64,000 bases of DNA from Azolla caroliniana (lineage: Eukaryota > Plantae > Polypodiophyta): positions 2,914,001 to 2,978,000 of the forward strand of contig JBHGNT010000002.1 in the NCBI GenBank assembly GCA_043228905.1, given 5' to 3'. The notes beneath the pieces are model-generated. The model was not told the origin of the DNA. It ran no database searches and saw only the letters and a list, made by a program, of their open reading frames with translations. The position numbers were made by a program, and so were the translations under genes. This document shows positions 24,652 through 35,984 of this stretch, piece by piece (the stretch's first letter is position 1; each line of letters begins with the position of its first letter).

Positions 24652-27600
24652 ATGGCGCCTTTAGCTCATAAGAAGTATTGGAAGCGACCGTGGAGATTGA
24701 AGATCTCTTTTCGGAACTTTGCTCTCTTCCTTCTGTTCCTTTCCCTCTTCACCTTTGGACCCACCTTTCTCCTATATCTTCGATCCAACAGAGTAAGCAT
24801 ATGTTTTATGTTTTCTTTTGTTTTCCTTCTATATATTGGGTGTTTGTGTGCTATACCTGTGCATGTATGATACATTTACCTGTTCATGGCATCCAATTAT
24901 GGTACTCCTCCTGATTGGCAATTTCAGCCTCCGAAATGGTTATTTCCCCCCGCTGATCACATAGAGTTTAAAATCTTGTAAAATGTTTACACTAATGGCA
25001 AGATATCTTCTTTAAAAAAGAAAAAAAGAAAAAAGAAGAAGTACGATACATATATATATATATATATATATATAATGTAAAGATAGAGAGATGGACGTAG
25101 ACATATAGATACAGATGCAATTTGTTTTTCACACATATACAGATACACATAAGATTCATATACATTGAGACATACATTCATTTCGAGATAGAGATGGATA
25201 CATTTTCTTTTTTGACATCCATATACATCCTGCATGTGCATACATATGTACATATTTATGAATGAACATATTCATGTATGTTTGGATATATATATGTGCA
25301 TATGCATATGCGTATATACACATACAGTGTACCTATACTCATATAATATATACATACGCACATAGCCAGATCGATATACATACATATACTCATACCCATT
25401 CCGTTATGGACGTATTTTGTTCTTTACAAAGTGTTTTCTTCTGTCCCATGGCAGATGCTCCTTCAAAAATGCCAATGGTTACGCAATCGTCCTCTCGTGT
25501 GTGCTCATGGTGGAGATTCAAGCAAGGCACCACCCAATACTGTGGGTTTTTTCATTAGCCTAATTTCGATTCATGTCGAGGTTTCATATGTAGGCTATAT
25601 AGAGTCTTATTTGATCAGTAAATGCACTTCTATTTATTTGGAAAAATGAGTGAATTATGCTTAGCTTTCGAGTTGCTTGGACTGGATCACTCTTTTTCAT
25701 CTCTGATGGTGGAGAGAGCTCAGAGGTTTTAAGAGAGTGTTCTTATCATGCTAGTTTCGCTTTTGAACATGTATTATCTATCATGTCCAAACAATTCTAT
25801 AAAAACTGATACATTTCGTGTCATTTTGAGTTCAGCTTCTGAAATACCTTTTATCTTGTTTTGTCTGTGTACATGCTGCTGGTTGATACCTGATGACTTA
25901 TTAGTTTGAGGCATTTGATCTTGCTTTGAAGATGAAGGCTGATTGCATTGAAATCGATGCATCACAAACCCGAGATGGAGTATTGGTAGCTCTACATGAT
26001 AGGTGAGGTTAAGTCTATTTTATTAGCACACATATGCATGTATGTATTTGAAGGTTATGTAATAACTGATTTTCATTTCACAGGACAGGAACCTACAAGT
26101 TATATATGAGAATGACCATATACGCGTTGGAGATTTAACAATGAATGAGGTATTTTCATTGTATTTACTACCGATAGTTTTCTATCAGCAACCTAAGTTT
26201 CTTTATTATCATAAGTTAATATGGCTGTAATAGATTGTATAGTAATGCATACCATTCTTGTTTAAATAATATATTAGTTTATTTGATTTCAATTCAATCC
26301 ATGACCACAATCTAATTTTTCTTACAGTTGAAAAAGCTCAATATTGGGCTTAAAGTTCAGAAAATGTATGGTAATCATCAGGAGGTTCCTTTACTTGTGA
26401 ATGCGATTTTGGTTAGTTTTTGAAATTTTATTTATTTATGCAATGATTTACCGAAACTTGATGTCCAATCAAGAATTCCGTTTTCTTAATACTATTAAGG
26501 ATGAAAGGGAGCCAAAGCTTTTAAGATGGTGAACATTTTTATATAACAGCATGTCTCCAGATTTGTGAAGCAAATCATTATTGATGTAAAGACGGGTGCT
26601 TCAGAGCATCAAATCTCCCTTGCAACTGATATCTTGAACGTGGCAAGTTTCTCTATATTTATTCCATTCAATTTTTCAATGGCAAATAAGTGACAGATTA
26701 GCCATAAACATTTCAGACATATGAAGGAAACTTTTTTAAAAAGGTCACAAGAAAACCTTGAAGTTCTTAAAAATAAGGAGAATACATGTAAGTCTTGGAA
26801 AAAGTCACATGAATACAAACTCCATAAAAAGCTACTGAGAATTCCCTCTAAATTCTGTACTAGAAAGTGGGTATTTTGGTGATTTTTGAAAAATTGAAGC
26901 ATGTTATAGTAAATGCACAAAACAAAGTTGGGAGGCATTTTATTTTATTTTTTCCATCTTTCAATATGGTTTTTGTATTTCACCAAATGCAAGTAACCGT
27001 TGGCAAATCTATCAAGCAGGTTAATATGACACATTGTGACAATTGTGTTGTATGGTCCAAGTCAGATCAACTAGTAAATGAGTTGAAGGATTTAGCTCCT
27101 AATGTTCAAGTTAGTTAACATAACCCTCCATCCACATCTTGTTGGATAACTATTGGGTTTATATGTGGTTTATATGTGTTTATATATACATGCAGGTAGG
27201 ATATATTGTTATGATCGATCGTGTAACGGGCCAAACAATGGATCCGATTAGAATGAAGGCACCGAAAGTTGTTGGTGCTTTCCATGGTGTAGTAAACACA
27301 AAAGTTCTTGGTGATATCCACAAGTATAATGAACTTTCTTTGAAACTAAGAGTTTTGTTTGTTTGTTTCTTTTTTCTTCGCAATCAACATTTTCATTTTT
27401 CTTATGAATGTTTGAAACATTGGAAATCTTCAGTTTGTTCTATGCTCATTTCACATTTTCGTTTCCATATGCTAATAATAAACATGTTACCATATCATTA
27501 TTGATGTTTGAAAGGTCATTCCATATTTATATGTTCTAAGCAATGTTTACATTTTGTGTTTTTGTAATCTAATAAGCATGTTTTCTAAAACAGTTTAATT

Positions 27601-27881
27601 CGTGTGTTTTGGAGCATGTTCATTACATCATAATTTATTGATGTCCTGAAACAATGCTAAAAGCATCTTTTTCATATGTCTAAAAATGTTGTAAAACACT
27701 GTTTTATAATTTTGGCAGGGCAGGCAAAAGAGTGTTTGCATGGACAGTAAATGATCGAGAAGAAATGGAGAAGATGTTATCCGAAGGAGTAGATGGCATA
27801 ATTACAAACCACCCAGCCTTGTTACATGAGGTCATGCTGGACAGAGAGCATGAATGCTATGGTGAAGGTTTCTCTCTATGA
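24652..27881 (+). CDS. GDPD4: Glycerophosphodiester phosphodiesterase, GDPD4-like (9 exons, 314 aa)
   Basis: Exons 24652-24792, 25455-25541, 25905-26002, 26089-26149, 26328-26411, 26550-26642, 27020-27109, 27196-27323 and 27719-27881 total 945 nt with an open frame. N-terminal TM segment, then PLVCAHGGDS..PPNT, DCIEIDAS, ALHDR, IIIDVK, VGYIVM, VFAWTVND, GVDGIITN, ECYGEGFSL. Confidence 0.9.
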
Positions 27882-29832
27882 TATCCCTTATACAGGAAAT
27901 GAAGTCGATTCATTAATCGCTCTTGATGTATGTTCAAATGATGAATATGATGCATGTTCATGACGTATTTGTATGACCCACAATTCTTCTGTTTTTAATC
28001 ACATTCTTTATATGCTGGTCCCTTTATATGTTGGAACCATTCGAAACAGAGTTGTTTTGAAAAATAAAGCTCGTCTAAAATATTTATCTTCGTGTTGAAG
28101 GGAGGTGGTTTCGATCTATTTTGGAAATGTGCGATTTCCTAGTAAAATGTATCGTGTGCATTTTTGAAGGTCAAATATAATTTGACAATGACTTTGATAG
28201 TTAACAAATTATAACACTGATCTTGATGCAGAGGTTAGACATAAGTCTTGATCACGATCAAAGGACTTAATATAACATATTGAATTAAGAGCTTCTAGAA
28301 TTCTCTGTGATGTGTATGTTAAGATCCTCTAATTGGACGATTAGCAATCTAATTGTTGGGTAGTTTTAAAGTTCAGATGAGGGTTCAATATCATCTCTGG
28401 GAATCATCACAAGAGTGATCAAACTGATCACCTTATGGACTTCCTTGAAAAACCAACACCATGAGGAGTCCACAAAGCAACATAATGAGTTATCCACTAA
28501 TCCACATATCTCCACCATTGCACATGGATTCGGGACAACCATATGTGCAAGCACTATTCTTGGCCTTACAAGGTTGTTAACATACTACATAGCCTAAGCA
28601 AACATTTAAATGATCTAGGAACATGCAAAGTAAGAGAGGGCAAATAACATAGCTAACCCAAAATAGGAAGAGGAAATTGACCAACTCAACATTGAATGAA
28701 GAAAAGTTGCGAAGCAGGTTGCATCATGGAGCTTAGCACAATGCGTTCACATGCAATTGTGATTGTGGACTTGAAAGAATAATTGAAGTCCACCAACCAA
28801 CTTGCTCATCTCACCAACATGTTCGTATGATCCTCGTGAAATTCCGAATAAAGGTTTTGCCACCCATGTGCTTGCTACATACATAGATAACACAATTCAA
28901 GCAATGTGACACATTTGGGCCACTAAAACGATTGGCCTTTTATCTTCTGCTTGTATATCAAGGCAAGCACAAATGTCAATGTGGTGCACTTCTTAGATCT
29001 TGACTGGGTAGTGGAGGATGCAAGCTGAGAATTAGCTTTCAAGTATCACTATTGCGAAAAATTAGGTACATAGATAGAGTTGAATGGACCTCATCATTCA
29101 ACCGCAACCCGCATACATGACAAAACAATATTATCGGCGATGCAATTATACAATGATTACTATGATTAGGGCTACTACAGGGAGTAATCGCGGGCATCCA
29201 TCCGTTCATGTCCCACAAGTTTATGAAGCGGTAATTTGTCATAAAATGTGTTTGAACAGTATTATTATGAGAATCTGAGCTTTGAGGTAATACTTTAATT
29301 GTTGAAATGCCCCTAATGTTTCGTTATATTCCCGGGGATCCCTGGTATGGTCGAACAGGCTGCATATATATATATATGTTCGGTTGATATGTGACTCTTT
29401 ATTCCATTTCTGCGATTCATCAATCTGGTCATTCAGAAGATCGAAGAGTTAAATTCTGTAATTCCCAAAATGCCCCTCGAGGTTCTTTTTCTTTTTCTTT
29501 TGTGGTGGTACATATTTCTGAAGATCATGTAGTGTGTGTAGTGTGTTGGTTGAGGGCATGTTGGGCAATTAACAAAAACTCAGACAGAGACAGAGACAGA
29601 GAAAGAAGAGAGACAGAAACAGAGAAAGAGAAAGAGAAAGACAGAAACAGAGACAGAGAAAAGCAGACATTTTGGGGCGAATACTATTTGATTCTTCCTT
29701 CCTTTTACGCATGCGTTTCTTGCCTGCAGACGCAGCCATAGCCATGCTCAGACGGAGACGAAAGCACCATTGATCCTCTCCATCCCTGCCTGCCTGCCTG
29801 CCTGCCTGCTCCTCCTCTACACCTCCCCGGCT

Positions 29833-32025
29833 ATGGAGCTTCCATCGGCATTCCAATGGGTAAGCCGACTCGCCTCCCTCCTCCTCTTTCTCTCCTTCGT
29901 CACTACCAGATTGCCAGGCGGCACACAAACCCTTCAAAGACAGCCCCTTCCTTCACAAACACTTAGAAGACAGGGCTTTCCTCCAGAATCCCTGAAACTT
30001 GTGGTTCATACAGAAACGCTGGAACAGGTTGCTCCCTCAGGAACCCTAAATTATCATGTTAGTTTCGCAGAAGCTCTGAGCGATCAGGTTGCTCCTCCTA
30101 CAGAAACCCTAAATCAGGCTGTATCAGCAGAGAAACTTAAAGGACAGGTTATATCATCCGAGGCCCTTACAAAACAGGTTGTCTCATCAGAAACTCTAAA
30201 ACATCAGATTATTTCAGCAGAAACCCTAAATAAGCAGATCATTTCTACAGAAACCATAAATCAGGCCAAGATTAGGATAAAAACTAATAGTACAGATGAG
30301 GCCGACAGCGACCTCCCTTGCCAAGGTGTGAAACAACATCATGGGTATCCATCATCTTGTGACTATGTGAAAGCTACCCTGGCATGCAGCAATGACTCAT
30401 CTTCTTCCATTTTCAACTACACAGTTTTCTTCTTTTGCACATGCTCAAAGTTCCCTATCATAGGCTATATAATCCTCACTATATGGCTGTTAGTCCTCTT
30501 CTATACACTCGGTAACACGGCCGCCGACTACTTCTGTTGCTCCCTGGAGAAGCTTTCGAAGCTGTTGAAATGCCCGCCGACTTTGGCCGGCGTCACTTTG
30601 CTACCCCTCGGGAATGGCGCGCCCGATGTTTTCGCTAGTATTGCATCTTTTATAGGTGCCAATGCTGGTCAAGTGGGCCTCAACAGTGTCATCGGAGGGG
30701 GTGTCTTTATTACCACTGTTGTCGCTGGATCAGTTAGCTTGCTTGTATCGAACACTGGATCAGCAGCTGCGAAAAGGAAGAAGATTGATAAGAGGAGCTT
30801 CTTTCGAGATGTGGGCTTCTTCCTTTTTACACTATTGGCCCTAACTTTGATCCTTCTAGCTGGCCATATATATCTTTGGGGTGCATTGGCATTTCTGTCG
30901 ATATATGGTTTGTATGCTATTGCGGTCGCCGTCTCAGAGATCTGGAAGAGGAGACCTGAGAAGCCTGAATGGAGTCAAATACAGCTTTTACCGTTCACGA
31001 CTGGAGCATCTTTGCTGCAAGAAGAAGAAGAAGAAGAAAGTAGTGGTGAGAATGATGATTCGCTGTATAGTCCATTATTAGATGGTCCTTCTGCAATGCC
31101 AGTGGAGCGAACTACATTGCCGCAATGGAGGTGGGCTTCAAATGTGGCCATCTATTCTCACAAATCATTCGGCGAGTCTGCTTCTCGACCACTATGGGAA
31201 TGGAGCGAGGAGCAAGAAGCACGAAGCTATCTCCGAGTGACCGCCCGTCTCTTCATGAACTTCCTCGAATGGCCACTTGCCCTCCCCAGGCGCCTCACAA
31301 TACCTGTTGTGGAAGAGGATCGGTGGTCGTGGGGATTTGCATTGGCGAGCTCAGGACTTGCACCTATATTCTTTGCTTTTGTTGTTGGATCACAAGACGA
31401 TAGCTCATTTGGCGACAATATCACGCTGTACATCGGAGCAACATTGGTCGGACTAGTTTTCCTGGTGTTGGCATATTTCACAACCCCAACAGATGCACCC
31501 CCAAGAAGGTTCCTGTTGCCATGGGTGGTTGGGGGGTTTGTTATGAGCATTGTGTGGTTTTTCATGGTAGCGAATGAGCTCGTGGCACTACTAGTGACAT
31601 TTGGGATGATTCTGGATGTCGATCCATCCATACTCGGATTGACTGTTCTGGCGTGGGGAAATTCGATGGGTGATTTGATGGCGAATACATCTCTTGCATC
31701 CAATGGTGGTGATGGTATACAAATAGCTCTTTCGGGCTGCTATGCCGGACCCATGTTCAATACACTTATTGGCATAGGTGTCTCTCTAGTACTAGGGAGT
31801 TGGGCTTCCCGGCCTCACCCATTTGCTATACCACCCGATGGTAGCCTGTTCTACACATTGGCATTTTTGGTTGTCGGGCTTTTGTGGGCTCTTGTGATTT
31901 TGCCTCTCAAGAAAATGAGGCCGAGCAAATTGCTAGGCATTGGGCTACTATTGCTATATTTTTTGTTCTTATCTTTCCGATTAGCCCATGCACTAGGCGT
32001 TATAACAGTTCCGTGGCAATTGTGA
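29833..32025 (+). CDS. CCX: Cation/calcium exchanger (CCX family, CCX3/4-like), intronless CDS, 730 aa
   Basis: Alpha-1 repeat LGNGAPDVF, alpha-2 repeat WGNSMGD, GCYAGPMFN, LGNTAADYFC, multiple TM segments. First in-frame ATG at 29833. Confidence 0.93.
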   Translation: MELPSAFQWVSRLASLLLFLSFVTTRLPGGTQTLQRQPLPSQTLRRQGFPPESLKLVVHTETLEQVAPSGTLNYHVSFAEALSDQVAPPTETLNQAVSAEKLKGQVISSEALTKQVVSSETLKHQIISAETLNKQIISTETINQAKIRIKTNSTDEADSDLPCQGVKQHHGYPSSCDYVKATLACSNDSSSSIFNYTVFFFCTCSKFPIIGYIILTIWLLVLFYTLGNTAADYFCCSLEKLSKLLKCPPTLAGVTLLPLGNGAPDVFASIASFIGANAGQVGLNSVIGGGVFITTVVAGSVSLLVSNTGSAAAKRKKIDKRSFFRDVGFFLFTLLALTLILLAGHIYLWGALAFLSIYGLYAIAVAVSEIWKRRPEKPEWSQIQLLPFTTGASLLQEEEEEESSGENDDSLYSPLLDGPSAMPVERTTLPQWRWASNVAIYSHKSFGESASRPLWEWSEEQEARSYLRVTARLFMNFLEWPLALPRRLTIPVVEEDRWSWGFALASSGLAPIFFAFVVGSQDDSSFGDNITLYIGATLVGLVFLVLAYFTTPTDAPPRRFLLPWVVGGFVMSIVWFFMVANELVALLVTFGMILDVDPSILGLTVLAWGNSMGDLMANTSLASNGGDGIQIALSGCYAGPMFNTLIGIGVSLVLGSWASRPHPFAIPPDGSLFYTLAFLVVGLLWALVILPLKKMRPSKLLGIGLLLLYFLFLSFRLAHALGVITVPWQL

Positions 32026-34784
32026 TTAGTTATTGGAGTGTATCGAGCAAAGCAATAAATCATTCTTTTTGTAATCCTTTTAGTTGGACGGCGATTATTT
32101 TAAATGTATATATGGGGTTGATCATGGAATTTCATCGTAAATTATAGGCTACTCCCTTTCCATTTTGTGCATATCATGGGTCTCTTCAAATTTTATTGCT
32201 ACTGTCTTCTCTCGTGCATAAAATGATATTGGGGATAGTTAGCTCATTATGTAAAAACATGCAAATATTTGAGCATCTTCATTGATAGAAGCAAAACAAG
32301 GTACCATTTTATTCAGATTTTTTTGGCTGGCCTTTTGTGATTAACAATTTCTATATTTGCTTGTGAATTATGTTTGATTTTGTTTTTAAGCCTCACTACA
32401 ATGTCATATGAAAACCCATCTAAATGGGTTTAAAATATAACTGCAGTCTAGATCAGGAAACCCTAATCGATGGTATTAACGTATGGTGAAATACATCTCA
32501 AGATAAGGACAAACATAGAGGAATCGAATGCATATATTGTTGGCGCAACAAATATGTCCCTATACTCCAACATTTTCTCTTGAATTGATAAAATGTTGGG
32601 TTTCTTTCCATCAAACACCCTCACAAACCTTAAGTCATTGCATAGGTTGCAAGGTATTTAAATTTAATGATCTAGTATGACTTTCGCATAATCATAAGGT
32701 CAACACGCATCATGAATTAGGGAGGCTTGAGGGTTAGAGGCATGTAGTTCTATGCTATCATGGCCCACTTGAAGGCATGAAGGAGCAATGGGTGACATTG
32801 CAATCACAATCATACATAATTTATTAGAAGTTGCACATTCATAAGTACTCTTTTTATGTCAGGTATATTACTGGTGAGAAACCCCAATATGAGGTGAAAA
32901 CTTACAAAGTAATGAAGAGAGATGTACGGAATGTTGAGTAGACATTGGAGTACTTGGAAACACTCAAAGTGTTCCCTACCTATCATGTATGTCCTTTAAA
33001 TGATAAAGAAGACATTCTATGCTAAAGCACAACATGCAAGCATAGGATTTATAATTTATACATTGCACTACTTTATATAGACATGTGTACATACCACATA
33101 GATACATTGTTTGTTCATGCCCATACAATTATTTTTGTAGATGTGAAGCCGCAAATTGAATGTTTTCTACATAGATAAACATTTGGTTGAAGAAAAGGTT
33201 GAATGACACAAAAGAGAAACATAAACATAAAGGGCTTTCTTTATTGGGTATGTTTTTTTATCATCAATATGAACTTATCACTTTACCTTCCTCAATAATA
33301 CCTTGCCACATTTGGGCTCGTTCACAATGCATGAAAGCTTCGAATGTTCATACATCTTTACTTCATCCTAATACATATTTTCCACCAACTTAAATTCCCA
33401 GGAATTTGATTGACACACTAGATTTGAGGATTAATAAATTAGGTTCGGATCGATGGACTTAGAAGATTCCTTATATGTTCCTTGATGATTAAAGAATTTC
33501 TAGAAATGATGTCGATTATTATTGACTTTCCGAAAGTCTTGCTCTTGACTTTTTAGGAGGTTCCTATAAATATGTGTAATGGGTGACAACTTGCACGCCT
33601 CTTAGTCTTGCCAATGTTGGTTATGATGCTTTAAGGGGCTCCACACTTCACATATTCCCCAAGCAACATAGAACTAAAGTTAAACAATTTAGTTTTTACC
33701 TTGGAGATAGTTTCATGTAAAAGGGTTTAACATCATCCTCAGGTACTCTTGAATAGACCTTAGTGGTGGACTTCATTTTCTACTCATCTCTATTGAGAAT
33801 ATGCATCATCATCTTACATTATAATATGAGTATTAATGCCTATGCTACACATGATCATTCCTTTATGTTTTTGTTCTGCCCCCATGTTTTAGCAAGACAT
33901 GTTGCCTAAAAGAAACTACTAGTGGGAATATTTTTCTAAATGAAAACGTTCTGAAATCATAGCTCATGTCTTTGGTTCTTAGTGATGATGTAGCGCGGAA
34001 AACATGCGTCCTTTGGCTCTAAGTGACGGTGTAGTATGGAAAATTTGGTTCTTAGTGATGATGTAATGAGGAAAACATGCCTTTGGTTCTTAGTGACTAT
34101 GTAGTGTGGAAAACAAACCGGATGGATCAATTCGCTGATAAAAAGAGAGAGCGTAGATATTGTCAATAATAGTAGCGGAGAGGCAAATGGTAGCTAACAC
34201 TTGACGGGCATGATATTTGATACTAAGATGTGCTTCAAGCAAAAGAGAGGCGGGGGGAATCCAAAGCTTGTCTTGTAGGATGAGATGTGACAACGAGTTT
34301 CGGTTCTTCGTTGACAGTGTTGCACAGCTTCTGGTTTTCTCGGACTAGGCACTCAGTATCTTAAACGAAAGCATTGTCGGGCTCTTTCCGATGGATGATC
34401 GATCGATGGGTTTGGTTGGGGTCATCGGGCATGAAATGGTCCCTAATTCATATACATACATACATATAGTGTGGCTTGGGACCTTGGGTCGGTCTCTCTC
34501 TCTCTACCCTCTAATGTGGCCTTAAAGAATACCGTGGAAACAGGGTACTTTACCAACTATGTATTATATGTCTCCCATTCTTTGGCTGTCTCTCTCTTCC
34601 TCTTGTCTCTGTGGATCCATTCTGTATTCATCATCTTTTGAACAATTCATGACCTCTGCTTCTAGCAATTTACTGCTTGCAAAAGGAACAGAGTATTTCA
34701 TTGGCTAAGCTAAGGTATGTATGTATATATGGACCTTACATATAAGGTAGAAGAAGCTCTGTTTCTTCCACAGTGTGCAACTCC

Positions 34785-35984
34785 ATGATGTCTGAGGGGC
34801 TTACAAGCTCTTTAAATGAAAACGCAGATTTGGGTCAGATTATAAGGTCTCTGATGGTAGAGACCCAACACATTCAAGATGAAGACCCTTCTCTCAGAAT
34901 AACTGAAATGGATTTCCTCATCAATGACCTAAAACATCTACTTCTGCAAGAGAGGAACACTTATTCTCTTGCTCGCCAAAGCTCGGCTCGACGAAGGCAA
35001 CTCGAAAGCCTTCGGAACCTCATCGATTCGTTGGATTCTCACATGCAAACAATGCGGCGAATCATGTCATGCACTCATCTTTGTAAGTGTTGCTTGCTCT
35101 ATAGAATCCTTTTGTGTAGAAGTAAGGATGCAATTCAATCCAAGCTTCAGTCATGGCTTGACGAGCAATGTGTCCGAGAGCTTTCGGCCGTCATTGGTCC
35201 CGACCACGTTGACGAGGATGCACTAGTGAATGCATTGTGTTCATTTGAAACCATTGTTTGCAAGGGTTATGATGCTTCTATTCAAGAAGCCATCTTATTG
35301 TGTGGTTTGGTCACAAAACTCGCTTCATTGCTAGATGCCAATGCTGTCTCCTGGTGTGTGCAGAAACGAGCTGCGTCGGCTATCAAAGCACTATTAGTCT
35401 TCAACAAGGACATATTTGTGAGTCTTGTTCTCATGGCAAAAGTGGTGAAGAAGATACTCGCCTTGATGGAAACTGAATCCGATGAGAATGTATTATTTCT
35501 ATTGTCGGTCCTCAAGAGTATGCTCTCGGTTGGCCACACAATAGTGGTTGATGAGATATATAGCCATGATGGGGTCTCGAAGATCGTAAATCTCTTGATC
35601 GATTGTAAACTAGAAGCATTGCAATTTGCAGCTTTTGATTGCATCCTTGAATTGGTGTACAATGGAAGAATAGAGGTTCTCACACAAGTGTTCCAATGTA
35701 ATGTGGTTAAGAATCTTGTGATGTTGAGGTCTTCCTATAAGGAAACCACCCGAAACTCGGCATCTTGTTCTTCACAGGATAAGGGCCGTGGAAAACATCG
35801 AGACACATACCCATTTGTGGATGCGTTAAGTGATTTCGCCACACAATTTGCAATTGGGATAGGCTTGCGGGAACGAGAGAAGCAAGCTTTGAGACAGGTG
35901 TTTTTGAGGCAAATCAAAGAGATCATCCAAGATGATGTAGAGGTTGCAAACATTAGTATCAAGGTATTGTGGGGACCAAGATGA
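34785..35984 (+). CDS. Plant armadillo-type fold protein of unknown function (399 aa)
   Basis: Intact single-exon ORF after an intron acceptor at 34773. Helical repeats. Motifs FNKDIFV, DCILELVYNGR, YPF..FA..GLREREK and VLWG resemble a conserved plant ARM-like family as recalled, not searched. Confidence 0.72.
   Translation: MMSEGLTSSLNENADLGQIIRSLMVETQHIQDEDPSLRITEMDFLINDLKHLLLQERNTYSLARQSSARRRQLESLRNLIDSLDSHMQTMRRIMSCTHLCKCCLLYRILLCRSKDAIQSKLQSWLDEQCVRELSAVIGPDHVDEDALVNALCSFETIVCKGYDASIQEAILLCGLVTKLASLLDANAVSWCVQKRAASAIKALLVFNKDIFVSLVLMAKVVKKILALMETESDENVLFLLSVLKSMLSVGHTIVVDEIYSHDGVSKIVNLLIDCKLEALQFAAFDCILELVYNGRIEVLTQVFQCNVVKNLVMLRSSYKETTRNSASCSSQDKGRGKHRDTYPFVDALSDFATQFAIGIGLREREKQALRQVFLRQIKEIIQDDVEVANISIKVLWGPR

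Noticed and set aside
33971-34110. Four TTGGTTCTTAGTGA..GTAG units upstream of the ARM gene as a regulatory array
   Set aside because: A short degenerate tandem repeat with no evidence of function.
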